Below, one piece after another: positions 18,958 to 29,396 of a stretch of DNA of 64,000 nucleotides. The notes beneath the pieces were generated by a model. That model ran no database searches and was not told the origin of the DNA. It worked only from the letters and a program-made list of their open reading frames with translations. Position numbers and translations under genes: made by a program. The stretch comes from an uncultured Ruminiclostridium sp. (GTDB lineage: Bacteria > Bacillota > Clostridia > DSM-8532), in the NCBI GenBank assembly GCA_964450305.1, contig CAYVFB010000008.1:3884-67883 (forward strand). Reading direction: 5' to 3'. How positions within the stretch are numbered: position 1 is the stretch's first letter; each line of letters begins with the position of its first letter.

Positions 18958-20204
18958 CTGATTTTTTCCTCCGAATACAGTTTATACAGCTCTTCTGTTG
19001 CCAGAGCCATTTTTGTGACCGAGAATTTTTTACCCTGCGGGTAAATATAGTATGTATCATGCAGGGTCGACAAGTCGATGCAGTCACCTTTTTTGAAGTA
19101 TTCAAACTCAATATGGCACGAGTACATGGAAAGCGGTTCCTTCCGCAAGCTCAGCCGGCCGCCTTCGAAGTCACCTTCAAGGGTAAACCCGTCCATCCCG
19201 TGGGTTAATCTGCCTTTACCCAGGCGAATATAGCCTTTTGAATTCGGCAGTGAATCAACGATGACATCACCTGCCCACGCATAGGTTTTTTCTTCAATTT
19301 GTTTGCGAACCTGACTTCTTTCAAATTCATACCAATCGGGAATGTGTGAGAACTCTGTTTCTCCCTGAACGGCGCTCAGTTCTCCAAGCTCGGACATCAC
19401 CCATTCCTTACTGCAATGTCCGCACCAAATTTTATTCCCCTGAGAATTCATTTCATATTCCGTCATACAATTCGGGCATTGATATAAGACCTTGTGCAGC
19501 CCTTCTGCATTCTTTTTATACTGAATACGTATGTTGTTATCTTTTTGCCACTTGTATTCATCATAGTAAAAAGCTTTGTCAATACGTTCGAAAATCTCAT
19601 CGCTGGATAACTCCTCGGTTTCTTTCTGTGTAATCAGCTGGGTGAAATCTGCTGTGATTCGGATATTTCTTTTTTTCAGGTTCCATACAGGAGAGTTGAG
19701 GTAATTGCCATGCATATTCAAAACAACAACCGGAACCTTCAGATGCTTGACGATCTTCCCCAGTGATTTGGGAAGTACCGCATTTGTTCCAACCAAAGAA
19801 TATCTGGCTTCCGGGTAGATGACGACAATATCTTTGTTTTTTTCGATGATATGGCGGATATGTTTGATCAAAGTAATGTCATTTGTAAATTTCCGTTTAC
19901 AGATGCATCCTACTTTGCGCATCAGCCATTCCCGGCCAATATAACCATCTATCGCGACGATATAATTGGCGCGGTGCGGGAAAATGGCAGCGGTGGTTAC
20001 TTTAAAATCAAGAAAGGCCATATGCGTGCAAAGAAGAAGATAAGGGGGCTTCAGCCCTTCCATATTCACCTTGTTCAGCTTCAGTCTGTGTTTCCAGACA
20101 GCTGGAAAGCTTAAGGCCCAGGTCAATGGCTTCAGGTATAATTTCTGCCGTTCAGGTTTTTTATCCATATCAAACTTGATGCTCTCTTTGGGTGCTGATG
20201 TCAT
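18954..20204 (-). CDS. Lysophospholipid (PlsC-like) acyltransferase with a C-terminal zinc-ribbon-containing extension
   Basis: H(X4)D motif CTHMAFLDF and IYPEARYS. A CPNC...CGHC pair lies about 250 aa in. Its 3' end overlaps ybaK by 4 nt (convergent). Confidence 0.75.
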   Translation of the reverse strand: MTSAPKESIKFDMDKKPERQKLYLKPLTWALSFPAVWKHRLKLNKVNMEGLKPPYLLLCTHMAFLDFKVTTAAIFPHRANYIVAIDGYIGREWLMRKVGCICKRKFTNDITLIKHIRHIIEKNKDIVVIYPEARYSLVGTNAVLPKSLGKIVKHLKVPVVVLNMHGNYLNSPVWNLKKRNIRITADFTQLITQKETEELSSDEIFERIDKAFYYDEYKWQKDNNIRIQYKKNAEGLHKVLYQCPNCMTEYEMNSQGNKIWCGHCSKEWVMSELGELSAVQGETEFSHIPDWYEFERSQVRKQIEEKTYAWAGDVIVDSLPNSKGYIRLGKGRLTHGMDGFTLEGDFEGGRLSLRKEPLSMYSCHIEFEYFKKGDCIDLSTLHDTYYIYPQGKKFSVTKMALATEELYKLYSEEKIS

Positions 20205-20407
20205 GTGCGATCCTCCGATCTGAATTTGAATGCCTGTTTATCCGTATAACTGTTTATCGGTGATTCAGCCTCAGATGGTTAACAGATATTGTTTCTCGCG
20301 TATCGCATTGCAAGCAAAACCTTCCGTTGTTATAATGGATGTATGATAGAAACAAAAAAGATATGATTCGAGTAATTAAAAATTCGTCAGGGAAATGAGC
20401 GATCATC

Positions 20408-20929
20408 ATGAAAAATATGATCCTAATCGATTTGGAGACACAAAATTTTGATGTGCGAACCGGCATCTATGAAGTTGCCTGCCTGGTGATTGAAGATTAC
20501 AGGGTAGTGGATCAGCTTTATTTGGGCAAGAAGATTGATGGCTATACAGGCAGCAACCGGTTTGGCTTTGGTCATCATAATATTAGCAGGGACAAAGACA
20601 GCATCGGAAGGTTTAGAGCGTTCATTACAAAATACCCATATCCCCTGGTAGCTCACAATGCTTCATTCGACAGGAAGTTTCTGCTTTACTACCGCTGGAT
20701 CGACACAAGCTATCCAACCTACTGCTCCATACAGGCAATCAAGCGTGAAGTAGCCTATCTACCGAGTTACTCCCTGCAGAATCTGATACAGCACTATAAT
20801 ATCGGCGATGAGGTAGAGCATACAGCGATGTCAGATACAATAAACCTGTACAAGCTTTTATGCGCTGTGAAGCCACGGACCTGGGTACGCATGGGCGAGC
20901 CTTACGGCACAGGTTCCTATACGGGCTGA
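20408..20929 (+). CDS. DEDDh-type 3'-5' exonuclease domain protein (DnaQ-like)
   Basis: ExoI LIDLET, ExoII VAHNASFDRKFL, ExoIII HTAMSDTINL. Confidence 0.75.
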   Translation: MKNMILIDLETQNFDVRTGIYEVACLVIEDYRVVDQLYLGKKIDGYTGSNRFGFGHHNISRDKDSIGRFRAFITKYPYPLVAHNASFDRKFLLYYRWIDTSYPTYCSIQAIKREVAYLPSYSLQNLIQHYNIGDEVEHTAMSDTINLYKLLCAVKPRTWVRMGEPYGTGSYTG

Positions 20930-21029
20930 TATAGTTGTTTTGTTTATCGCTCATGAAGTCATTGCTTGCACAATAGTCATCGTTGTAATATGCTATAGGA
21001 AAATAGATTTGTAAAAAGAAGGATAATTC

Positions 21030-21818
21030 ATGACACTGCAAAAGAAAAAAATTCTCCTGCCACTCATATTCGTTTTCTGTATTGCTGTGGCAGGATGCAG
21101 TAAACAGAACAATAACATCGCTATCATTGGGGGCGCGGACGGGCCTACGCGTATTTTTATTACATCATCAAAGCCCACACCGAATACATCATTTGTGCCC
21201 ACTCCATATGAATGGAACATCCCGCGGGTTGTCAGCTCGTCCGATAAGGACCAGGACGGGGTGAACGATACCGATGACATTCTGGAGGGTGCCAGAAAGG
21301 ATGCTGAAAACAAACCCATATACAGGGATGGCTATTACAATGGCGGATACCCGCCCGATGATGAGGGGGTTTGTACCGATGTCATCTGGCGTGCTTTTAA
21401 GAATGCGGGTTATATGATAAAGGATCTGGTTGATGAAGACATTCGCAACCACCTGGAACTTTATCCGCGGGTTGAAGGAAAACCCGACCCCAATATCGAT
21501 TTCCGCCGGATCAAAAACCTGCGGGTTTTCTTTGATCGTTACGCGGTTTCACTGACTACGGAAATAATCCCCTGGGATGAAGAAAATCTGGAACAATGGC
21601 AGGCGGGGGATATCGTCGTGTTTGATGACCCACACGAGCATATCGGTATTCTGTCCGACCAAAGAAACCAGCAGGGCGTTCCGATGATGATACACAATGC
21701 CGGTCCTTATACCCAGGAAAATGATATGCTTATTTACTGGAGGGACAATCTTTCTCCCATCATTGGGCATTATCGTTTCCCGCCGGAAGAGCCATTGGAC
21801 AATGGCGGGAAGCAATGA
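21030..21818 (+). CDS. DUF1287-family lipoprotein
   Basis: Lipobox IAVAGCS. Reads GVCTDVIWRAFKNAGY, DPNIDFRRIKNL, GDIVVFD..HIGILSD. Confidence 0.7.
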   Translation: MTLQKKKILLPLIFVFCIAVAGCSKQNNNIAIIGGADGPTRIFITSSKPTPNTSFVPTPYEWNIPRVVSSSDKDQDGVNDTDDILEGARKDAENKPIYRDGYYNGGYPPDDEGVCTDVIWRAFKNAGYMIKDLVDEDIRNHLELYPRVEGKPDPNIDFRRIKNLRVFFDRYAVSLTTEIIPWDEENLEQWQAGDIVVFDDPHEHIGILSDQRNQQGVPMMIHNAGPYTQENDMLIYWRDNLSPIIGHYRFPPEEPLDNGGKQ

Positions 21819-21869
21819 AATTCAAATTAAATCAAGGGCTGTGCTCAGCCGGTAAACAGGAGTAAGCTT

Positions 21870-22616
21870 ATGGACATTGAGAAGAAAATTGCGGTTCTGA
21901 TTGACGCAGATAATGTTTCGGAGAAATATATCAAGTATATTTTCGATGAAATCTCCAATCACGGAATTCCTACATATAAAAGAATCTACGGGGACTGGAC
22001 AAAACCCCAGCTGGCGGCGTGGAAAAACATTCTGCTGAATTATTCCATTACCCCAATTCAGCAATACAGCTATACCACAGGCAAAAACTCCACCGACTCG
22101 GCGCTGATCATCGACGCGATGGATATCCTGTATTCGAAGAATGTCGATGGCTTCTGCATTGTGTCCAGTGACAGCGATTTCACCAGGCTTGCGGCCCGTC
22201 TCAGAGAAGCGGGAATGTATGTGGTGGGCATGGGCGAAAAGAAAACACCAACCCCCTTTATTTCAGCCTGTGAGAAATTTAAATACCTCGAGGTTCTGGC
22301 GTCCATGACCACAAAACCCTCAGAAACAACGGCTGTAAAAGAGAAGCAGGAAGAGGCAAAGCTTGGGACACTCAGCATCGACAAGCTGATCGAGGTGATC
22401 AGGACCATTATTACCGAAACCTCCGATGAGGATGGATGGGCGTTTCTCGGGGAACTGGGAAGCATCCTGAACAAAAGATACCCCGATTTTGATACGAGAA
22501 ATTACGGCTATTCAAAGCTGACACCGTTCGTTTCCTCGTTAAAGCAGTTTGATATTAAAACGGTCAAAACAAGCAACCCAAGTATCAACCTGAAATATGT
22601 CAGAAACAGGGCTTGA
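21870..22616 (+). CDS. NYN-domain (LabA-like) protein with a C-terminal OST-HTH/LOTUS domain
   Basis: Reads IAVLIDADNVS, RIYGDW, TGKNSTDSALIIDAMD, CIVSSDSDFTRLAARLRE. C-terminus GWAFLGELGSILNKRYPDFDTRNYGYSKL. Confidence 0.8.
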   Translation: MDIEKKIAVLIDADNVSEKYIKYIFDEISNHGIPTYKRIYGDWTKPQLAAWKNILLNYSITPIQQYSYTTGKNSTDSALIIDAMDILYSKNVDGFCIVSSDSDFTRLAARLREAGMYVVGMGEKKTPTPFISACEKFKYLEVLASMTTKPSETTAVKEKQEEAKLGTLSIDKLIEVIRTIITETSDEDGWAFLGELGSILNKRYPDFDTRNYGYSKLTPFVSSLKQFDIKTVKTSNPSINLKYVRNRA

Positions 22617-22796
22617 CAGTATCGCTGCACACCACCCCCAGTCAGCCGCAACCCACTGATTCCGGCAGGACAGCAGGTGAACCCGGCATCGCATCACCAG
22701 AAAAATTCTTTATTTCCCATAGCCGAACTGGTATAATGGTTTCGGTTCTTATTGTGAGCATAAAGGTTTTTCAGCTTCAATAAAGGGGGAGTATTT

Positions 22797-23456
22797 TTGA
22801 GTATCAAAGTAACCGATTTGCTTGATCTGAACGAATTCTGGTTCAGCAAGATTTTTGATGATGTACAGGGGCCATGGGAAGTATTGTCCAGGATTAAACC
22901 ATGGTTCAGGGAAATCGCTGAAAGCCTTCCGGACGATTATCAGCAGATTGCAGAAAATGTCTGGATAGGAAAAGGCACAACCATTGAAAAGACTGTGACG
23001 ATTAAAGGGCCGGCTATTATCGGATATAACTGCGAGCTCCGACAGTCCGCTTTTATCCGGGAATATGTCCTGATTGGCAATTCCGCAGTCATTGGAAACT
23101 CAACCGAGATCAAGAATTCCATCATCTTCAACAAGGCTCAAATTCCCCATTTCAATTACGTGGGTGATTCGGTACTGGGGTATGGTGCCCATCTTGGTGC
23201 AGGGGTGGTTATTTCCAACCTGAAATCCAATAAAGAGCAAATCAAGGTGAAAGACGGGGGTGCCGTTATTGAAACCGGCCTTCGAAAATTTGGGGCGATT
23301 GTGGGCGATAACGCAGAGGTGGGATGCAATACTGTTCTGTTCCCCGGCACCATCATCGGCAGAAACAGTATCGTTTACCCGTTGACGCCGGTACGGGGTG
23401 TTGTTCCTGAAAACCATATATTAAAGAATACTGGCGAAATAGTGCCAAGAAGGTAA
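22797..23456 (+). CDS. Left-handed beta-helix (hexapeptide-repeat) transferase family protein
   Basis: Repeated [LIV]G-x4 hexapeptides (IGNSAVIGNSTEIKNSII, VGDSVLGYGAHLGAGVVI). TTG start 8 nt after GGGGGAG. Confidence 0.65.
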   Translation: MSIKVTDLLDLNEFWFSKIFDDVQGPWEVLSRIKPWFREIAESLPDDYQQIAENVWIGKGTTIEKTVTIKGPAIIGYNCELRQSAFIREYVLIGNSAVIGNSTEIKNSIIFNKAQIPHFNYVGDSVLGYGAHLGAGVVISNLKSNKEQIKVKDGGAVIETGLRKFGAIVGDNAEVGCNTVLFPGTIIGRNSIVYPLTPVRGVVPENHILKNTGEIVPRR

Positions 23457-23471
23457 TGTCCAGGCCTGACC

Positions 23472-23507
23472 AAACCTCTGATTCTAAACAGGATTCAGAG
23501 GTTTTTT
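23472..23507 (+). terminator. Rho-independent terminator
   Basis: AAACCTCTGA...TCAGAGGTTT hairpin followed by TTTT. Confidence 0.7.
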
Positions 23508-23602
23508 CATGAACCTCGCTGTTGCCTGAATATATTTTCTAATGTAGAATAACATTGCCGGGTTTCCACCTGGATTCAATAAAAGCCACGAGGCGGTTAA
23601 AG

Positions 23603-24682
23603 ATGAAGACGATTGTATTCACCGGCGGCGGTACGTCGGGTCATGTCACACCAAACATAGCGCTGATGCCCCGGCTGAAGGCCCTGGGCTATGCCATTGA
23701 ATATATTGGCTCAAAAAACGGTATCGAAAAGCAGTTGATTGAAAAGGAAGGTATTCCATATCACGCCATACCGGCGGGGAAAATGCGCAGATACCTGGAT
23801 TTGAAAAACATCACCGATATCTTCCGAATCATGGGCGGGTTCTCGCGGGCACTTTCGGTCCTGGGAAAAATCAAGCCAGCTGTGGTTTTCAGCAAAGGCG
23901 GCTTTGTGTCCTGCCCGGTTGTCTGGGCGGCATGGTGCAGACGCATTCCTGTCATCATCCATGAATCGGATATCACCCCCGGCCTGACGAATAAACTCTC
24001 CATGCCCTTTGCCAGGCATGTATGTTACACCTTTCCCGAATCACAAAAGCATATCACTGCCGAAAAAGCCTGTTTGACAGGTTTGCCGGTAAGGCCTGAA
24101 ATCATCACGGGCGATCGGATGAAGGGATATCAGCTTTGCGGCTTTTCCGATAAAAAGCCGGTTTTGATGATCATCGGGGGCAGCCAGGGTTCGGAAAACA
24201 TCAACAAAGCTGTGCGGCAGGTTTTAAAGGAATTGCTGGAAACCTTCCAGGTGTGCCACCTTTGCGGGAAGGGAAATGTGAAACCGGAACTGGATGCAAT
24301 GAAAGGCTACAGGCAATTTGAATATGTGAACGAAGAATTGCCGGATCTGTTTGCATGCGCGGATATTCTTGTATCAAGAGCCGGTGCAACCACGCTGTTT
24401 GAAATATTACAATTGAAAAAGCCTGCGCTGTTGATACCCCTATCCAAAAGCGCCAGCCGCGGGGATCAGATCCTGAATGCCGAATCCTTCCAGAAGTATG
24501 GCTATTGTGATGTTCTTCCCGAGGAAAACCTTACAGGGGATGCTCTGCTCGATAAAGCAGGCAAGCTCTATCAAGACAGGAATCGTTATATCCAGGCCAT
24601 GCATAAAAATCTGTCACGAAACGCTGCGGAAACGATTATACAGCTGATTCACACAGAAGCTGAGGCAGCCCCCAACAATTGA
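23603..24682 (+). CDS. murG: UDP-GlcNAc:undecaprenyl-PP-MurNAc-pentapeptide GlcNAc transferase MurG
   Basis: Begins MKTIVFTGGGTSGHVTPNIAL. Also IIHESD, GGSQGS, SRAGATTLFE. Confidence 0.9.
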   Translation: MKTIVFTGGGTSGHVTPNIALMPRLKALGYAIEYIGSKNGIEKQLIEKEGIPYHAIPAGKMRRYLDLKNITDIFRIMGGFSRALSVLGKIKPAVVFSKGGFVSCPVVWAAWCRRIPVIIHESDITPGLTNKLSMPFARHVCYTFPESQKHITAEKACLTGLPVRPEIITGDRMKGYQLCGFSDKKPVLMIIGGSQGSENINKAVRQVLKELLETFQVCHLCGKGNVKPELDAMKGYRQFEYVNEELPDLFACADILVSRAGATTLFEILQLKKPALLIPLSKSASRGDQILNAESFQKYGYCDVLPEENLTGDALLDKAGKLYQDRNRYIQAMHKNLSRNAAETIIQLIHTEAEAAPNN

Positions 24683-24874
24683 GGCCCCGGAGGCGTGTCT
24701 TTTTTTAACTTTAAATTTATGCTAATTTCCTCTATCAGTACAAAAACAAAATAAATATGTACTGCATCATCATAAATCTGTCCATAGTAAAACCTCACCC
24801 TGTCTTTTATGATAAGAATAGAGCAGCATGCATAGACATGCTGTAACAAGATCTTATTAAAGGAGGGTTTTTTT

Positions 24875-25975
24875 ATGAAGAGATCCTTATCCATTTTGTT
24901 GGTAGCAGTGATGCTGTTATCAGTGGTACTGGCAGGCTGTACACTTCCCACCCCAACAACTGGCGGAACCGGAGCAACCGGTGGCGGCCAGCTGATCGGT
25001 GTTGCCATGCCGACGAAATCCCTGCAACGTTGGAACCAGGACGGCGAAAATATGCAGAAGATGCTGGAAAAAGCAGGATACAAAGTTGACCTGCAGTACG
25101 CCGAAGACAATGTTGAGATGCAAGTATCCCAGGTTGAAAACATGATCACCAAGGGTGCCAAGGTTCTGGTTATTGCTTCCATCGACGGCGAATCCCTCGG
25201 CGGTGTTCTTGAACAGGCCGCCAAAGAAGGCATCAAGGTTATCGCTTATGACCGTCTGATCAAGTCAACCCCTAATGTAGACTTTTATGCAACCTTCGAT
25301 AACTACAAAGTTGGTGTTATTCAGGGTAAATATATCATCGAAACCTTAAAGCTGGATAAAGGCGAAAAAGGCCCGTTCATGATGGAAGTATTCGGCGGAT
25401 CTCCCGATGATAACAATGCATACTTCTTTAATGGTGGTGCCATGGATACCCTGAAGCCGTACATCGACAGTGGTGCACTGGTTATCAAATCCGGACAGAC
25501 CGATATGGAAACCATTGCAATTATGGGCTGGAAAGCTGCAAGTGCACAGGCAAGAATGGACAACCTGCTCACCGCTTTCTACGCTGATGAAAACGTAGAC
25601 GTTGTTCTTTCTCCGAACGACAGCCTTGCGCAAGGTATCGTCGCTTCCCTGAAAGCAGCAGGTTACGGCACAGCTTCCAAACCGTACCCGATTCTTACTG
25701 GCCAGGATTGCGATATTACCAATGTGAAGCACCTGATCGCCGGCGAACAATCCATGTCCGTGTTCAAAGACACCAGAACCCTTGCTGAAAAGGTTGTTGG
25801 AATGGTTGATGCCATCATGAAGGGAACAGAACCCGATATCAACGACAAAGAGACCTATGACAATGGTATCAAGGTTGTTCCTTCCTACCTTTGCGATCCG
25901 GTATTCGCAGATGTTAACAACTACAAAGAATTGCTGATCGACACTGGATACTATACCGCAGATCAATTAAAGTAA
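24875..25975 (+). CDS. CUT2 sugar ABC transporter substrate-binding lipoprotein (ChvE/XylF-like)
   Basis: Lipobox LAGCT. Periplasmic-binding-protein type I sequence (IGVAMPTKSLQRW, VIAYDRLI). RBS GGAGGG. Confidence 0.85.
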   Translation: MKRSLSILLVAVMLLSVVLAGCTLPTPTTGGTGATGGGQLIGVAMPTKSLQRWNQDGENMQKMLEKAGYKVDLQYAEDNVEMQVSQVENMITKGAKVLVIASIDGESLGGVLEQAAKEGIKVIAYDRLIKSTPNVDFYATFDNYKVGVIQGKYIIETLKLDKGEKGPFMMEVFGGSPDDNNAYFFNGGAMDTLKPYIDSGALVIKSGQTDMETIAIMGWKAASAQARMDNLLTAFYADENVDVVLSPNDSLAQGIVASLKAAGYGTASKPYPILTGQDCDITNVKHLIAGEQSMSVFKDTRTLAEKVVGMVDAIMKGTEPDINDKETYDNGIKVVPSYLCDPVFADVNNYKELLIDTGYYTADQLK

Positions 25976-25990
25976 ACTAATTCTTTCAGA

Positions 25991-26027
25991 TATACTGTAA
26001 TGGAGTGATGAGCTCCATTACAGTATA
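25991..26027 (+). terminator. 15-bp perfect hairpin between the binding-protein and ATPase genes (partial terminator or mRNA stabiliser)
   Basis: TATACTGTAATGGAG-TGATGAG-CTCCATTACAGTATA followed by a T-rich tail. Confidence 0.6.
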
Positions 26028-26298
26028 CTCTGTTTCTATTGTATTGAGCATCTTAAGCAGTACCATAGTTCGTCAAATCACTAAATAATATGCGTTTTAA
26101 TACAAAGCATAGCAGGATCATCATAGCTGGTTGTATCTCACACCGGAAAAAAGCTTACGCCAGGGTAAGAAAACCCTGAAACACATGAACTTGATACATC
26201 ACATGGCGTGAACAGGTTGAAACTGAACCAATTCCAACTTAAAAAAGTATGGAATATACCGCTGGGCAGATGCCCAGGTTTATTCGAGGAGCAACAAT

Positions 26299-27834
26299 AT
26301 GTCAGATATTATGCTTGAAATGAAAGATATCACCAAGATATTTCCGGGGGTAAAAGCACTGGACAATGTCAGCTTAAAGGTTAAGAAGGGGCAAATCCAT
26401 GCGCTTGTTGGTGAGAACGGCGCCGGGAAATCCACCCTGATGAACGTATTAAGCGGTATTTATCCTTATGGAACCTATTCGGGAGATATCTATTTTGATG
26501 GGAAATTATGTGAATTTAAGAATATACGCGAAAGCGAAAAAGCGGGTATCGTCATCATTCACCAGGAACTGGCTTTAAACCCCTATATGACCATTGCCGA
26601 GAACATTTTTCTTGGCAACGAGCGGGCAGCTAATGGGATTATCAACTGGGATGTCACAAACAAGGAAGCAAAAAAGCTGCTGCAAAGGGTTGGCTTGAAT
26701 GAAAAGCACTCAACACTCATTAAAGACATCGGTGTTGGCAAACAGCAGCTCGTTGAAATTGCCAAGGCTTTATCCAAGGAAGTGCGCCTTTTAATACTGG
26801 ATGAACCCACGGCAGCCCTGAATGACAAGGATTCAGAAAACCTTCTGAACCTTTTGATGGAACTGAACCGGGAGAATGGTCTTACCTGCATCATCATCTC
26901 ACATAAAATACACGAGGTCACAAGAATAGCAGAGGAAATTACCGTCATACGGGACGGAGCTTTGATTGAAACCCTGGTCAAAGGTAAGGACGAGATCTCT
27001 GAAAACCGTATCATCAAGGGGATGGTAGGCAGAGAGCTTGTGAACCGGTTTCCTCCCAGAACACCCAATATTGGTGAAATAGGCTTTGAAGTAAAAGACT
27101 GGGTGGTTTATGATCCGCTGGATGAAGATAAAATGCGGATTAAGAATGTCAGCTTTCATGTGAAAAAGGGCGAGGTGGTAGGAATCGCTGGCCTGATGGG
27201 TGCCGGACGCACCGAGCTTGCCATGAGTGTTTTTGGCAAGGCTTATGGGAAAAAGATTAGCGGTACTATCATCAAGGATGGCAAAGAGTTGAAGATGAAC
27301 AATGTCAGTGAAGCGATTTCGGAAGGCCTGGCTTATGCAACTGAAGACAGGAAAACGGCAGGCCTGGTTTTAATTGATGATATCCGCAGGAACATTACAA
27401 TGGCAAGCCTGGGGAAAATCAGCAAAAACGGTATCATTGACGACGACATTGAAATTCGCGAAGCTGAACAACAAAAGAACAAACTTGGTATCAAATGTTC
27501 GAGTATTTTCCAGACGTCAGGAAACCTTTCAGGCGGGAATCAACAAAAGGTTGTCTTAAGCAAATGGATTTTCTCCGAGCCGGATGTGCTGTTATTGGAC
27601 GAACCTACCCGCGGCATTGATGTCGGCGCAAAATACGAGATATATACCATCATCAATCAATTGGCCGATCAGGGAAAATGTATTGTTGTTATTTCCTCAG
27701 AACTGCCGGAGATTCTCGGGACCTGTGACAGAATCTATATCATGAATGAAGGCCGGTTTGTCGGTGAATTGACAAGGGAAGAGGCCACCCAGGAAAGCAT
27801 CATGAAGTGTATTCTGCAATCTTCACAGAACTAA
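26299..27834 (+). CDS. Sugar ABC transporter ATP-binding protein, duplicated ABC cassette (GguA/XylG-like)
   Basis: 511 aa. Walker [10 protein letters not shown]. Two signature regions (second LSGGNQQK). ILDEPT and LLDEPT. Confidence 0.9.
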   Translation: MSDIMLEMKDITKIFPGVKALDNVSLKVKKGQIHALVGENGAGKSTLMNVLSGIYPYGTYSGDIYFDGKLCEFKNIRESEKAGIVIIHQELALNPYMTIAENIFLGNERAANGIINWDVTNKEAKKLLQRVGLNEKHSTLIKDIGVGKQQLVEIAKALSKEVRLLILDEPTAALNDKDSENLLNLLMELNRENGLTCIIISHKIHEVTRIAEEITVIRDGALIETLVKGKDEISENRIIKGMVGRELVNRFPPRTPNIGEIGFEVKDWVVYDPLDEDKMRIKNVSFHVKKGEVVGIAGLMGAGRTELAMSVFGKAYGKKISGTIIKDGKELKMNNVSEAISEGLAYATEDRKTAGLVLIDDIRRNITMASLGKISKNGIIDDDIEIREAEQQKNKLGIKCSSIFQTSGNLSGGNQQKVVLSKWIFSEPDVLLLDEPTRGIDVGAKYEIYTIINQLADQGKCIVVISSELPEILGTCDRIYIMNEGRFVGELTREEATQESIMKCILQSSQN

Positions 27835-27872
27835 ATAATTGAATCTATATATATTAAGGGGAAGGAATAAAC

Positions 27873-29117
27873 ATGGGTAAATTGTTAAGACTTGTAAAAA
27901 TAATGGATAACCTTGCTAAACGCAACCCGAAGCTTTATGCATGGATCACCAAGATCAAAGATATCGTGCGGCATAATATGAGACAATACGCAATGCTTTT
28001 TGCTTTGGTGGTGATCATGATTGCTTTCCAGGTATTAACAGATGGCGTATTGCTTAAACCCATCAATGTATCCAGGTTAATCATGCAGCAGGGCTATATC
28101 CTGGTTCTTGCCATTGGAATGATTTTCTGTATCCTGACGGGGGGTAACGTAGACCTTGCGGTTGGATCCATCGTGGCTCTGGTCAGCGCATCTTCTGCAT
28201 TGTTCAGCGTCACCCTGGGTATACCTCCGTTACTGTCCATCCTGCTTGGCCTTGGTTTGGGGCTGCTGGCAGGTGCATGGCAGGGTTTTTTCATCGCTTA
28301 TTTAAAAGTACCGCCGTTTATCGCAACCCTTGCCGGTCAGCTGATTTTTAGAGGAATTAACAACATCATCCTGAACGGAAAAACCATCATGTTGCCTCAA
28401 CTGTATATAACCATTGGCTCCGGCGTCATCCCTGATTTCTTCGGAAACGGCGGCAATTTGCATTTAACGACCATTATTATTGGAATAGCTAGTTCGGCAG
28501 CCTATTTTATAATGCAGCTTGTCAATCGTAAAAGAAAAATAAAGCTCGAATTTGAGGTTGAATCTAAACAACTATTCTTCATAAAAAACATTGCACTGTC
28601 AGCCTTTATCATATTGTTTGCATACTGGCTGGCCAGGGCAAACGGACTTCCTTATGTGGTTCTTCTGCTGATCGTATTGATATTGTTTTATACCTTTGTT
28701 ACCAACAAAACGGTCGCTGGAAGGTATGTGTATGCACTGGGTGGAAACCCGAAGGCAGCCGAACTGTCCGGCATTAAGACGAAAAAGGTTATGTTCTGGG
28801 TTTATGCGAATATGGGTATTCTGTCAGCCATCGCCGGTATCATCTTCGCAGGGCGGTTAAACTCTGCAACACCAACTGCCGGTGACGGGTTTGAGCTCGA
28901 TGCCATTGCAGCCTGTTTTATTGGCGGGGCTTCTGCAACCGGTGGTGTTGGTACGGTTATTGGGGCCATCATCGGTGGCTTTATCATGGGTATTATGAAT
29001 AACGGTATGTCCATCATGGGGGTCAGCACCTTCTGGCAATCCATCGTAAAAGGTTTGGTATTGTTGGGTGCGGTGGCCTTTGATGTATTCTCAAAATCCA
29101 AGGCAAAAGTTAGTTAA
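27873..29117 (+). CDS. Sugar ABC transporter permease (GguB/XylH-like)
   Basis: 414-aa polytopic protein with a BPD_transp_2-like end (GGASATGGVGTVIGAIIGGFIMG). Confidence 0.85.
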   Translation: MGKLLRLVKIMDNLAKRNPKLYAWITKIKDIVRHNMRQYAMLFALVVIMIAFQVLTDGVLLKPINVSRLIMQQGYILVLAIGMIFCILTGGNVDLAVGSIVALVSASSALFSVTLGIPPLLSILLGLGLGLLAGAWQGFFIAYLKVPPFIATLAGQLIFRGINNIILNGKTIMLPQLYITIGSGVIPDFFGNGGNLHLTTIIIGIASSAAYFIMQLVNRKRKIKLEFEVESKQLFFIKNIALSAFIILFAYWLARANGLPYVVLLLIVLILFYTFVTNKTVAGRYVYALGGNPKAAELSGIKTKKVMFWVYANMGILSAIAGIIFAGRLNSATPTAGDGFELDAIAACFIGGASATGGVGTVIGAIIGGFIMGIMNNGMSIMGVSTFWQSIVKGLVLLGAVAFDVFSKSKAKVS

Positions 29118-29396
29118 TTCTAAGGTTTTCTCAAGCCGGAGGGTTGGCGCTGCTAACCCTCCGATTATTCAAAACAGCCCCGAGGAGTTAAAGCGACTAA
29201 AACAAAGAGTTTTCTCTTTGTTTTTTTTACGGTATAATGATACCTGGGAGCCAGCTCGGAAAGTCTGTTTATTCTTTGGAAAAACGCATAGATATGTAAA
29301 AAAGAACGGAACTATAAGGGTTTCAAGCCATGGAAAGCAGCGTCTTATGGATAAATATGCTTTTCTGAACGGTCTGCTCGGCAGGGAGGAGCTTGA

